Shown here one piece after another: positions 18,157 to 25,713 of a stretch of 64,000 nt of DNA; positions within the stretch are counted from its first letter, which is position 1, and each line of letters opens with the position of its first letter. The stretch is taken from the NCBI GenBank assembly GCA_945864585.1, contig CAMBCF010000006.1, forward strand, positions 3,325 through 67,324. Direction: 5' to 3'. The position numbers and the translations under genes are program-made. The DNA is from Bordetella parapertussis (GTDB taxonomy: Bacteria; Pseudomonadota; Gammaproteobacteria; Burkholderiales; SG8-41). The notes under the pieces are model-generated. The model had not been told where the DNA came from. It saw only the letters and a program-made list of their open reading frames with translations, and did not search any database.

Positions 18157-19200
18157 TTACGCCAGCACGCTCTCCGCCACCAGCCTGAGCCCCGCGATAT
18201 CGGCCTTCGCCAGGATCATGGTGCCGACGCTGCCGCGCCGTCCCGCCGCTTTCCAAACTTGCAGCCGATCGCGTATGCGCGCGGCCGGCCCCACCAGCGC
18301 TACCGCATCGACCAGCCGATCCGGCACCGCGGCTGCGGCCTCGGCCTTTTTGCCGGCGAGAAACAAATCCTGAATTGCCGCGGCTTCGGCGGCGTAACCC
18401 AGACGCACAGCATAATCGTTGTAGAAGTTTTTGCCGCGCGCGCCCATGCCGCCGACGTAGAGCGCGAGCCAGTCCTTGACCGGCTGCCGGCACGCTTTGA
18501 TATCGTCACCGATATGGATGGGCACAAACGGCGCGATGTCGAATTTTTCAAAATCCACCGGCCGGCCGGCGCGTTGCATGCCGGCGCGCACATGCGGTTC
18601 GATCAGATCGTCACGTTCGGGGTCCATCAGCAACGGCAGTACGCCATCGCCGACTTCACCCGCGCATGCGAGCCCGGCGGGGCTCACCGCTGCGGTGTAA
18701 ATCTGCATGTCGCGGCGGCCGTGCTGGATGCACTTCAGGGCCTTGCCGAGTCCGCTCGCGCCTGCGCCCATGTACGGTATCTGGTAGTGCTCACCCTGAT
18801 GGTTGAGCGGCGCCTCGCGCGCCAGCACCGCGCGCACGATGGCAATGCACTCGCGCAGGCGCGTCAGCGGCTTGCCGTAGGGGACACCGTACCAGCCTTC
18901 GACTACCTGCGGGCCCGAAGGCCCGAGTCCCAGGATAAAACGCCCGCCGGTCAGCGCATCCAGCGTCATCGCGGTCATTGCGGTAAGCGCGGGTGAGCGT
19001 GCCGGCACCTGCAGTATCGACGAGCCGAGCCGGATTCGCGTGGTCTGCCCGCCCAGCCATGCGAGCCGCGTCACCGCGTCCACACCATACGACTCGCCGC
19101 ACCAGGTGGAATCGAAGCCGAGCCGTTCCGCTTCGCGCACCAGCGCAATGAGTGCTGGGCCGTCGGCCCCGCCCGTGGTTAATCCCAGACGCAAACGCAT
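18157..19200 (-). CDS. Luciferase-like monooxygenase (LLM) family oxidoreductase
   Basis: The ORF is trimmed to ATG 19200 (MRLRLGLTTGG...). Diagnostic stretches include GLGPSGPQVVEGWYGVPYGKPL and LALYVGGMGARGKNFYNDYAVRLGY. Confidence 0.85.
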   Translation of the reverse strand: MRLRLGLTTGGADGPALIALVREAERLGFDSTWCGESYGVDAVTRLAWLGGQTTRIRLGSSILQVPARSPALTAMTAMTLDALTGGRFILGLGPSGPQVVEGWYGVPYGKPLTRLRECIAIVRAVLAREAPLNHQGEHYQIPYMGAGASGLGKALKCIQHGRRDMQIYTAAVSPAGLACAGEVGDGVLPLLMDPERDDLIEPHVRAGMQRAGRPVDFEKFDIAPFVPIHIGDDIKACRQPVKDWLALYVGGMGARGKNFYNDYAVRLGYAAEAAAIQDLFLAGKKAEAAAAVPDRLVDAVALVGPAARIRDRLQVWKAAGRRGSVGTMILAKADIAGLRLVAESVLA

Positions 19201-19342
19201 GTCGTTCTCCCCGGAAATAGAAATCTGCACACGCAGCTAAAACATCATACCCGATTGGAAAAGACTGACGGGCGCTATTGCGCAATACGTGCACCGCCAG
19301 ATGCGCAATCGTTTGCTACCGATCAGTATGTTGCACTGAACG

Positions 19343-19687
19343 CTATTCCGTTGCAGCCTGTAACCGAATCGTGTCACGAGGCGCCGAAGGTTTTCCGTGA
19401 TTGCGGATGGTGATATCCACATCGCAACCGAGCCGGGTCAACAGCCGCATCAAGCGTTCCACAGATACGTCTCGGAATTGCCCGTTGAGCAGCCGCGACA
19501 CATCCGGCTGACTAAGCCCCATGCGCTTGGCCGCGGCGACCTGGGTTAACGCGTGCGCAGTGATAGCCCTTTGAATACGGTTCACTAATTTGGCTTTGAG
19601 CAAATGCGTTTCGGCATCGGCGTAGCCTAAATCCGCAAAGATATTCTTGGTGCCGCGCACGATGGCGGTGTCTTTATTTTTTGTCAT
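19343..19687 (-). CDS. XRE-family HTH antitoxin (HigA-type)
   Basis: The HTH region is LTQVAAAKRMGLSQPDVSRLLNG. Its start overlaps the stop of the upstream toxin gene (ATGA overlap). Confidence 0.8.
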   Translation of the reverse strand: MTKNKDTAIVRGTKNIFADLGYADAETHLLKAKLVNRIQRAITAHALTQVAAAKRMGLSQPDVSRLLNGQFRDVSVERLMRLLTRLGCDVDITIRNHGKPSAPRDTIRLQAATE

Positions 19688-20064
19688 GATGTTTTACCTT
19701 CGCCAAGTTGAGTGTTGTAATCACTTTCGGCAGCCTTCAATCGCCGCCGTATCAGTTTCAGGTCTTCGGTCGGGGTTTTGATTCCCGATTTTGACTTCTT
19801 CTGGAAGGCGTGCAGCACATAGATCGTTGCCGCAAATTTCACCGTATAAACCGCACGAAACGTGTCTCCCACATAGTCAGTGACGATCTCCAGCACTCCA
19901 GCTCCGCCGAATCCTTTCAGCGGTTTTGCGCGGCCATACTTCTCACCAATCTGCGCCCGATACAACGCATAGCCCATAGCATCTTGAACGGGATCAGGAA
20001 AGGCCCGGAAGTCCTTGTAGCTCGAAGCAACCCAGCTTACAGGTTTGATGGCGATGTCCAGCAC
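19684..20064 (-). CDS. RelE/ParE-superfamily toxin (phage Gp49-like)
   Basis: This is the track ORF 19684-20364 trimmed to GTG 20064. The stretch KPVSWVASSYKDFRAFP...KPLKGFGGAGVLEIV...YRAVYTVKF...YVLHAFQKKSKSGIKTP is the family signature. Confidence 0.8.
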   Translation of the reverse strand: MLDIAIKPVSWVASSYKDFRAFPDPVQDAMGYALYRAQIGEKYGRAKPLKGFGGAGVLEIVTDYVGDTFRAVYTVKFAATIYVLHAFQKKSKSGIKTPTEDLKLIRRRLKAAESDYNTQLGEGKTS

Positions 20065-20242
20065 ATTTGAAATATGGCGGAAACACCATAAAAAATCAAG
20101 GCAATTGCGAGATGGCAAGCACCGCCTGAGTTGGGGCAAGGTTTGTATAATAAAACCAACCCTGATTTCGGGACGCCGAGGGAATGGTCTGGTTGCGTTG
20201 TCGAGCCGCGTGCCGTGCTTTTCCTCGATCAGACACGAATCG

Positions 20243-21253
20243 TCACTGCGCGGTTGCCAGCCCTGCCACCTTGATGAGGTGCGAGAAGCGCTCGGTCTCT
20301 GAACGCATATATGCCGTAAGCGCCGCCGGTGAACCGGGCGCCGGATCCAGCCCCTGGTCGGCAAGCCAGCGCGCCAACGGAGGGTCGGCCAGTATTTTTA
20401 CCACTTCGGCATTCAGCCGGGCAACGATTGCGGGTGGCGTTGCGCGCGGGACAAACAGCGCGTACCAGGTGACGGCCTGGAAACCCGGCAGGGTCTCGGC
20501 CACCGTCGGCACATGGGGCACTACCGGCGAACGAACCGATCCGCCCTGCGCCAGTGCGCGCAGTCTGCCGGATTTTACGAACGGCATGGTGGTCGGGATG
20601 CTGGCAAACGCGAAATGCACCTGGCCGCTTAAGAGACCGGTCATTGACGGCGACGTGCCTTTGAACGGCACATGCAGGAAATCGACGTTCCCCAATACCT
20701 TCAGCATTTCGCACGCAAGATGGTTGGAACTGCCGCTCCCCGGGGTCCCGCTATTAAGCTGTCCAGGCCTTGCGCGCGCAAGCGCCACCAGCTCTTCGAC
20801 GTTGCCGGCAGCGAGCGACGGATGGCTGGAGAGCAATTGAACACTGTTCACCACCAGCGAGATCGGAGCGAAGTCGCGAATCGAATCGTAGGGCACCCTG
20901 CTCAGCAGCGGGTTGATGACGACGCCGGCAGAGGCGGCAAAAAGCAGGGTGTATCCGTCTGCCGCAGCCTTTGCCGCGATCTCGTGGCCGATGATGCCGC
21001 CGGCGCCGGGGCGAGCGTCCACCACGATCTGCTGTCCCCAGGCTTCGGTGAGGCGTTGCCCGATCATGCGCGCCACAGTGTCCATTGCACTGCCGGCGGT
21101 GTTGGGCACGATGATGCGGATCGGGCGTGCGGGATAGCCCTGTCCTGAGCCAGTCGAAGTGGTTTGCGCGTGGGCCCGTGACGGCGCGAGCGCCATGCCG
21201 CAGAGCAGCGCAAGTCCGAACATGACTGCAAGACTCGAAAAGCGCCGCACCAC
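20243..21253 (-). CDS. Bug/TctC-family periplasmic solute-binding protein
   Basis: A signal peptide is followed by YPARPIRIIVPNTAGSAMD. Confidence 0.9.
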   Translation of the reverse strand: MVRRFSSLAVMFGLALLCGMALAPSRAHAQTTSTGSGQGYPARPIRIIVPNTAGSAMDTVARMIGQRLTEAWGQQIVVDARPGAGGIIGHEIAAKAAADGYTLLFAASAGVVINPLLSRVPYDSIRDFAPISLVVNSVQLLSSHPSLAAGNVEELVALARARPGQLNSGTPGSGSSNHLACEMLKVLGNVDFLHVPFKGTSPSMTGLLSGQVHFAFASIPTTMPFVKSGRLRALAQGGSVRSPVVPHVPTVAETLPGFQAVTWYALFVPRATPPAIVARLNAEVVKILADPPLARWLADQGLDPAPGSPAALTAYMRSETERFSHLIKVAGLATAQ

Positions 21254-21384
21254 GAATTTTCCTCGCGCATAGTGACCACTATGAGACTATAGCATGCGGA
21301 AAATGCGCCAGATCTAAGGCATAGGGTTATGCCGGCGATACATTATTGGATCGCAGCGCGAACTTTTAATGACAAGGAGAAACG

Positions 21385-21627
21385 ATGTCTGACGAAGACC
21401 TGAAGGCGGAGCTCGAGCGTCTGCGCACCGAAAACGCCGCGCTGAAAAAAGGGGCTGCCGCTGGCATCAGTATGAAAGTCAGCGAGAAAGGCGCAGTTTC
21501 CATCTACGGTATGGGGCGTTTCCCGGTAACGTTGTATAAGGAGCAGTGGCTCAAGCTCCTCGATATTTCCGATGACATCCGGACATTCATTGCGGCGAAC
21601 GACGCGCGATTGAAGACCAAGGGCTGA
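21385..21627 (+). CDS. Small conserved-looking hypothetical protein (N-terminal coiled coil)
   Basis: The 80-aa ORF has an AAGGAGA SD 6 nt upstream and normal codon usage. I do not recognise a function. A GTTTTGG/CCAAAAC hairpin follows at 21630-21648. Confidence 0.5.
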   Translation: MSDEDLKAELERLRTENAALKKGAAAGISMKVSEKGAVSIYGMGRFPVTLYKEQWLKLLDISDDIRTFIAANDARLKTKG

Positions 21628-21737
21628 GCGTTTTGGGTAAGCCAAAACCGACCGGCGCGAAGTCTACCGATAGGTAGCGGGGTGCCATGGCACTCTGACC
21701 TCATTTTTACGCGACTCTGCGCAGAATTGGAATTGTC

Positions 21738-22898
21738 TTGACGCCGAAATTCAGCGACGGCAACAAGCTGCAGTTGCTGCGCAATGGCACGGCGTACTTT
21801 CCGGAGTTGCAGCAGGCCATCGATGCGGCGAAGCGTGAAATCTACCTCGAGACCTACATTTTCCGTGATGACGAGACCGGGCAGGCTATCGCGGCCGCGC
21901 TCGCGCGCGCAGCCCAGCGCGGTGTCGCCGTGCACCTGCTGGTCGACGGTTTCGGCTGCAAGGACCATTTTGCGGAATTACGCGCGCGCCTGCTTGCGGC
22001 CAACGTCCGGGTGTTGGTTTACCGGCCCAAGATTTCGCTATTGCCCCTGCGGCGCAACCGCTTGCGCCGAATGCACCGCAAGCTGGCGGTTATCGACGCG
22101 CGCGTGGCTTTCATTGGCGGAATAAACATCATCGACGACAGCGATACGCCTGACGACAACCCGCCTCGCTACGACTATGCGGTGTGCATCGAAGGGCCAT
22201 TGCTCGCGCCCATCACGGAGGAGGTCGAACGGTTGTGGAGCCGGGTCGCCTGGGCCAGCCTGCGGCGGCGCTGGCGTGCCCAGCGGATTGCAGCGGTCGA
22301 TGCAGCCCCGCGCGGCACTCAGCGCGCGGCCCTGGTGGTGCGTGACAATCTGCGCCACCGCGCCGACATTGAGGACGCTTATCTGGCGGCGATCGACAAC
22401 GCGCGCACGGAAATCATCATCGCCAACGCCTATTTCTTCCCCGGCGTGCGCTTCCGCCGCGCCCTGCTTGATGCAACCAGGCGCGGCGTGCGCGTGATGT
22501 TGCTGCTGCAGGGGCGGGTGGAATATTTTCTGCAGCATTACGCCTCGCGCGCTTTCTACGGCCCGCTGCTCGATGCCGGCGTCGAAATATACGAATACAA
22601 GCGCAGCTTCATGCACGCCAAGGTTGCGGTGATCGACCAGCGCTGGTCCACGGTCGGATCGAGCAACATTGATCCGTTCAGCCTGCTGCTGGCGCGCGAA
22701 GCCAATATCGTTGTCGATGACCAGCCGTTCGCGCAGGAATTGCGCCGCAATCTGCAGCGGGACATGGAGGCCGGCGCCATGATCGTAGCCAACACGGCGT
22801 GGCGCCAGCAACCCTGGTTGGAGCGGGCCTTGATCTGGGCCAGCTACAATTTTGCGCGGCTGCTGATGGGTTTTATCGGATACGCCGATAAGCAGTAA
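21738..22898 (+). CDS. clsB: Cardiolipin synthase B-type phospholipase D (two HKD motifs)
   Basis: It has two HKD motifs, RMHRKLAVIDARVAFIGGINI and FMHAKVAVIDQRWSTVGSSNID. The N-terminus GNKLQLLRNGTAYFPEL matches ClsB. The start is TTG. Confidence 0.88.
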   Translation: MTPKFSDGNKLQLLRNGTAYFPELQQAIDAAKREIYLETYIFRDDETGQAIAAALARAAQRGVAVHLLVDGFGCKDHFAELRARLLAANVRVLVYRPKISLLPLRRNRLRRMHRKLAVIDARVAFIGGINIIDDSDTPDDNPPRYDYAVCIEGPLLAPITEEVERLWSRVAWASLRRRWRAQRIAAVDAAPRGTQRAALVVRDNLRHRADIEDAYLAAIDNARTEIIIANAYFFPGVRFRRALLDATRRGVRVMLLLQGRVEYFLQHYASRAFYGPLLDAGVEIYEYKRSFMHAKVAVIDQRWSTVGSSNIDPFSLLLAREANIVVDDQPFAQELRRNLQRDMEAGAMIVANTAWRQQPWLERALIWASYNFARLLMGFIGYADKQ

Positions 22899-22995
22899 AC
22901 CCCGCGTTCGTCTGCGGCGGCTCGGCTTTTCTCATCTTTGCCGCGCGTCAGTTTTTGACCTGCTTTTCGGCGTCATCCTCGGCGATGCCATATGG

Positions 22996-23023
22996 GTAGG
23001 TCGGAACGCGCAGCGGTTCCGAC
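22996..23023. repeat. REP-like hairpin GTAGG-TCGGAAC-GCGCAGCG-GTTCCGA
   Basis: It has a 7-bp stem around a GCGCAGCG loop. A second element of the same design lies at 58104-58136. Confidence 0.5.
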
Positions 23024-23063
23024 AAACGTGGTAGCGTGTACGACATTGACATGGAGCACTACC

Positions 23064-23174
23064 ATGCGAGACGCAATGTTTGGCCTAGCTGTGGCTGTAG
23101 TGGTGTCGCTTGCAACGGGAATCGCATTTGCCGTGCTGGTGCTGGTTGCGGTGGCGATGGGCAGCGCGCCCTAG
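23064..23174 (+). CDS. Possible 36-aa hydrophobic peptide
   Basis: ATG 23064 is preceded by a GGAG 8 nt upstream. The product MRDAMFGLAVAVVVSLATGIAFAVLVLVAVAMGSAP forms a single transmembrane helix. There is no homology evidence. Confidence 0.3.
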   Translation: MRDAMFGLAVAVVVSLATGIAFAVLVLVAVAMGSAP

Positions 23175-23285
23175 CGAATTTCGCTGTGCCGGGCATATTC
23201 AGAAAAAGGCGAACAAGCCGCCCGGCAAAGTGATACCGCTGCCGCAAAAGCGGGCGTAACTGCGCTTCAACACTGACTTCCCATC

Positions 23286-23306
23286 TATACGTGAATTGCG
23301 TATAAT
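23286..23306 (+). promoter_or_regulatory. higB promoter/operator: TATACG-N7-CGTATA inverted repeat overlapping a TATAAT -10
   Basis: TATACG lies at 23286-23291, CGTATA at 23299-23304 and TATAAT at 23301-23306. The higB ATG follows at 23313. Confidence 0.45.
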
Positions 23307-23312
23307 TCTGCC

Positions 23313-23657
23313 ATGAAAGCTGTGTTCGTCGAGTTGCCTGCGTTTTCGCGATACCGTGCGGACTACCTGACTGACGAGAGCTTGCGCGCCCTGCAAAACG
23401 CCCTGCTGGAGAACCCGGAAGCGGGCGATGTGATCGAAGGCACGGGCGGGATGCGCAAGGTCAGGCATGCCGACTCACGGCGCGGCAAGGGCAAGCGCGG
23501 CGGTCTGCGTATAATTTACTTTTGGTGGCGGGCGGGTGAGCAATTCTGGCTTTATGCGATGTACGACAAGGACGCGACGGATGATTTGACTGCGAAGGAG
23601 CGTGCGGCGTTGAAGGGCATGCTCAAGCGCGAATTGGACGCAAGGAGAAAGCAATGA
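23313..23657 (+). CDS. higB: HigB-2-type toxin (RelE superfamily)
   Basis: MKAVFVELPAFSRYRADYLTDESLRALQNALLENPEAGDVIEGTGGMRKVRHADSRRGKGKRGGLRIIYFW closely parallels the Vibrio HigB-2 sequence as I recall it. Confidence 0.88.
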   Translation: MKAVFVELPAFSRYRADYLTDESLRALQNALLENPEAGDVIEGTGGMRKVRHADSRRGKGKRGGLRIIYFWWRAGEQFWLYAMYDKDATDDLTAKERAALKGMLKRELDARRKQ

Positions 23658-23965
23658 AGCGCAATGTGTTTGCAGAGTTGGTTGAAGGCTTCGACGCGCT
23701 CAAAGCCGGGCGCGAAGGCAAAATCACGCTTAAGCAATACACGGTCGAGGCAAAGCCCGCGCCCAAGGTGACGGCCAAGGACTTGATGCGCGTGCGCGCC
23801 AAGCTGAATCTCTCGCGGACTGTGTTTGCCCACTGCCTGCGTACCAACGTGCGCACGCTGGAAAGCTGGGAGCAAGGCCGCGCCAAGCCCAATGCGCAGG
23901 CAGCACTGCTGATTCGTCTGGTTGCCAAGTACCCTGATACCGTCAAGCGACTGGCGGCGGTATAA
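23654..23965 (+). CDS. higA: HigA-2-type XRE HTH antitoxin
   Basis: It has a 4-nt overlap with higB. The N-terminus is NVFAELVEGFDALKAGREGKITL, and the HTH is LNLSRTVFAHCLRTNVRTLESWEQGRAKP. Confidence 0.85.
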   Translation: MKRNVFAELVEGFDALKAGREGKITLKQYTVEAKPAPKVTAKDLMRVRAKLNLSRTVFAHCLRTNVRTLESWEQGRAKPNAQAALLIRLVAKYPDTVKRLAAV

Positions 23966-23972
23966 GCGGAAC

Positions 23973-24413
23973 ATGTTGCAATTTACCTACCCGGTGAAAC
24001 TCACGCGGGATCACAAAGACGGCGGCTATGTAGTTAATTGCCGTGATATCCCGGAAGCAATCACCCAAGGGGATTCCATCGAGCACGCCCTCTCCGAAGC
24101 TGAGGGCGCGTTGCAAGCGGCCATCGAATGCCAGATCGAAGATGGTCTTGATATCCCTGCGCCGTCGCCCGCAAAGCGCGGCGAGCGCGTGGCGCCGCCG
24201 CCGATCACTACCGCACTCAAGGCGGCGGTCTACACCGAAATGCGCGGGCAGCGGGTGTCAAAGTCAGAACTCGCGCGGCGCATGCACGTCAACGAAAAAG
24301 AAGCGCGGCGCATGCTCGATCCGCGGCATCCGACCCGTGTGCCTACGCTTGAATGTGCACTTGCTGTGTTGGGCCGGCGGGCAGAGATTGCGGTGAGTTG
24401 CCCTTGGCATTGA
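23973..24413 (+). CDS. hicB: HicB-family antitoxin-like protein (no hicA partner)
   Basis: The ORF is trimmed to ATG 23973. YPVKLTRDHKDGGYVVNCRDIPEAITQGDSIEHALSEAEGALQAAIE is the HicB N-domain, and the C-terminal part is DNA-binding-like. Confidence 0.82.
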   Translation: MLQFTYPVKLTRDHKDGGYVVNCRDIPEAITQGDSIEHALSEAEGALQAAIECQIEDGLDIPAPSPAKRGERVAPPPITTALKAAVYTEMRGQRVSKSELARRMHVNEKEARRMLDPRHPTRVPTLECALAVLGRRAEIAVSCPWH

Positions 24414-24519
24414 TCCAACAACTTCAACAAACGGACGCTATGCAGAAGTCCTTAGTATCGCGTTAACGATTGCGGGCGAAGATAAGATGAAATCCCGTGC
24501 CTCTGGAAGAAAGGACCTG

Positions 24520-24609
24520 TGGCGGAGAGGGAGGGATTCGAACCCTCGAAGGCCTTGCGACCTTTCCGGTTTTCGAGACCGGTACATTCAACCACTCTGC
24601 CACCTCTCC
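24520..24609 (-). tRNA. tRNA-Ser (anticodon CGA), long variable arm, CCA encoded
   Basis: The reverse complement is GGAGAGGTGGCAGAGTGGTTGAATGTACCGGTCTCGAAAACCGGAAAGGTCGCAAGGCCTTCGAGGGTTCGAATCCCTCCCTCTCCGCCA. It has a 7-bp acceptor stem, the anticodon loop CT-CGA-AA and the T-loop GGTTCGAATCC. Confidence 0.95.
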
Positions 24610-24688
24610 GGAGGCGCGGATTCTAGCAGAAAGCGCGGCGCGGGAGCGTTTGCGGGCCGGTTTTGACGTGCGAGCCGGATATACTTGT

Positions 24689-24708
24689 TGCGTCAAGTTT
24701 TTGACGCA
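24689..24708. promoter_or_regulatory. Perfect palindrome TGCGTCAA-gttt-TTGACGCA just upstream of a Bug gene
   Basis: The 8-bp inverted repeat ends 6 nt before ATG 24714. A third TTGACG copy lies at about 24663. Confidence 0.35.
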
Positions 24709-24713
24709 TTGGG

Positions 24714-25703
24714 ATGGGCGAGACTATGCAGAGCTACCGGCGCCACGTAGTGCTGTCAGGCACGGCCTTGCTAATGTTGAATATGGTGCTGCCACTGGCA
24801 GTCGCGCAAACCTATCCGACACGGCCCATACGCGTGATCGTGCCGTATCCACCGGGCGGCGCCGCAGACATAACCGCGCGTATTCTGTGGCCCAGAATGG
24901 GCGAGGCGTTCGGGCAGCAGTTTGTGATTGATAATCGCGGTGGCGCGTCGGGCATCATCGGCGCCGATATTGTGGCGAACAGTACGGCGGACGGCTACAC
25001 ATTGTTGCACGATGCGAGTGCATTTACCGTCAATCCTGCGCTGCGCAAACTACCGTTCGATCCGCTCAAGGAGCTGGCGCCGGTGGCGATGCTGATGCGC
25101 ACGCCGAACATGCTGGTGGTTCACCCCAGCGTGCCGATTGCGACCACGCGTGATCTGGTCGATCTCGCCAGGGCGCAGCCGGGGCGGATTACGTATGCCT
25201 CTGCCGGATTTGGCAGCGCGCCGCATATGGCGGGCGAATTGTTTCAGTACCTGGCGAAGGTCAGCCTGCTGCATGTGCCGTATAAGGGCGGCGGGCCAGC
25301 CTACGCGGATTTGCTGGGCGGTCAGGTGCACCTGTTATTCGGCAGTATCGCGAGCGCACTGCCGCACGTGCAAAGCGGCCGCCTTAAGGGCATTGCGCTC
25401 ACCTCAAGCAAGCGCTCGCGCGCCGCGCCGCAGATTCCCACCATCGTCGAGTCAGGCGTGGCGGAATTTGAAGTCTACGAATGGAATGCGCTGTACGCGC
25501 CGTCGGCAGTCGCGCCGTCGATAGTCGCACGGCTTAACGCGGAGATGAACAAACTACTGGCCGCCACGGACATGCAACAGCGCTTTTTTCAGATGGGCGC
25601 GAAGGTCACGCCGATGACGCGAGCTGAAGTCGGGCGCTATGTGCGCGGCGAAATGGCGAAGTGGGTGAAGACGGTGAAGGAGACGGGCATCAAGGGCGAA
25701 TAG
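24714..25703 (+). CDS. Bug/TctC-family periplasmic solute-binding protein
   Basis: A signal peptide is followed by TYPTRPIRVIVPYPPGGAADI. ATG 24726 is an alternative start. Confidence 0.9.
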   Translation: MGETMQSYRRHVVLSGTALLMLNMVLPLAVAQTYPTRPIRVIVPYPPGGAADITARILWPRMGEAFGQQFVIDNRGGASGIIGADIVANSTADGYTLLHDASAFTVNPALRKLPFDPLKELAPVAMLMRTPNMLVVHPSVPIATTRDLVDLARAQPGRITYASAGFGSAPHMAGELFQYLAKVSLLHVPYKGGGPAYADLLGGQVHLLFGSIASALPHVQSGRLKGIALTSSKRSRAAPQIPTIVESGVAEFEVYEWNALYAPSAVAPSIVARLNAEMNKLLAATDMQQRFFQMGAKVTPMTRAEVGRYVRGEMAKWVKTVKETGIKGE

Positions 25704-25713
25704 GTTTTGCCGG

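Noticed and set aside
17992-18996. 334-aa plus-strand ORF overlapping the CoA-transferase end and the LLM gene
   Set aside because: It is antisense to a well-supported LLM gene and has an Arg/His/Ala-rich low-complexity translation.
19343-24609. A tRNA-Ser-linked genomic island spanning the TA modules
   Set aside because: I found no integrase, no direct repeat of the tRNA 3' end, and core-type genes (Bug, clsB) are interspersed. Only the 1.6-kb cassette next to the tRNA looks accessory.
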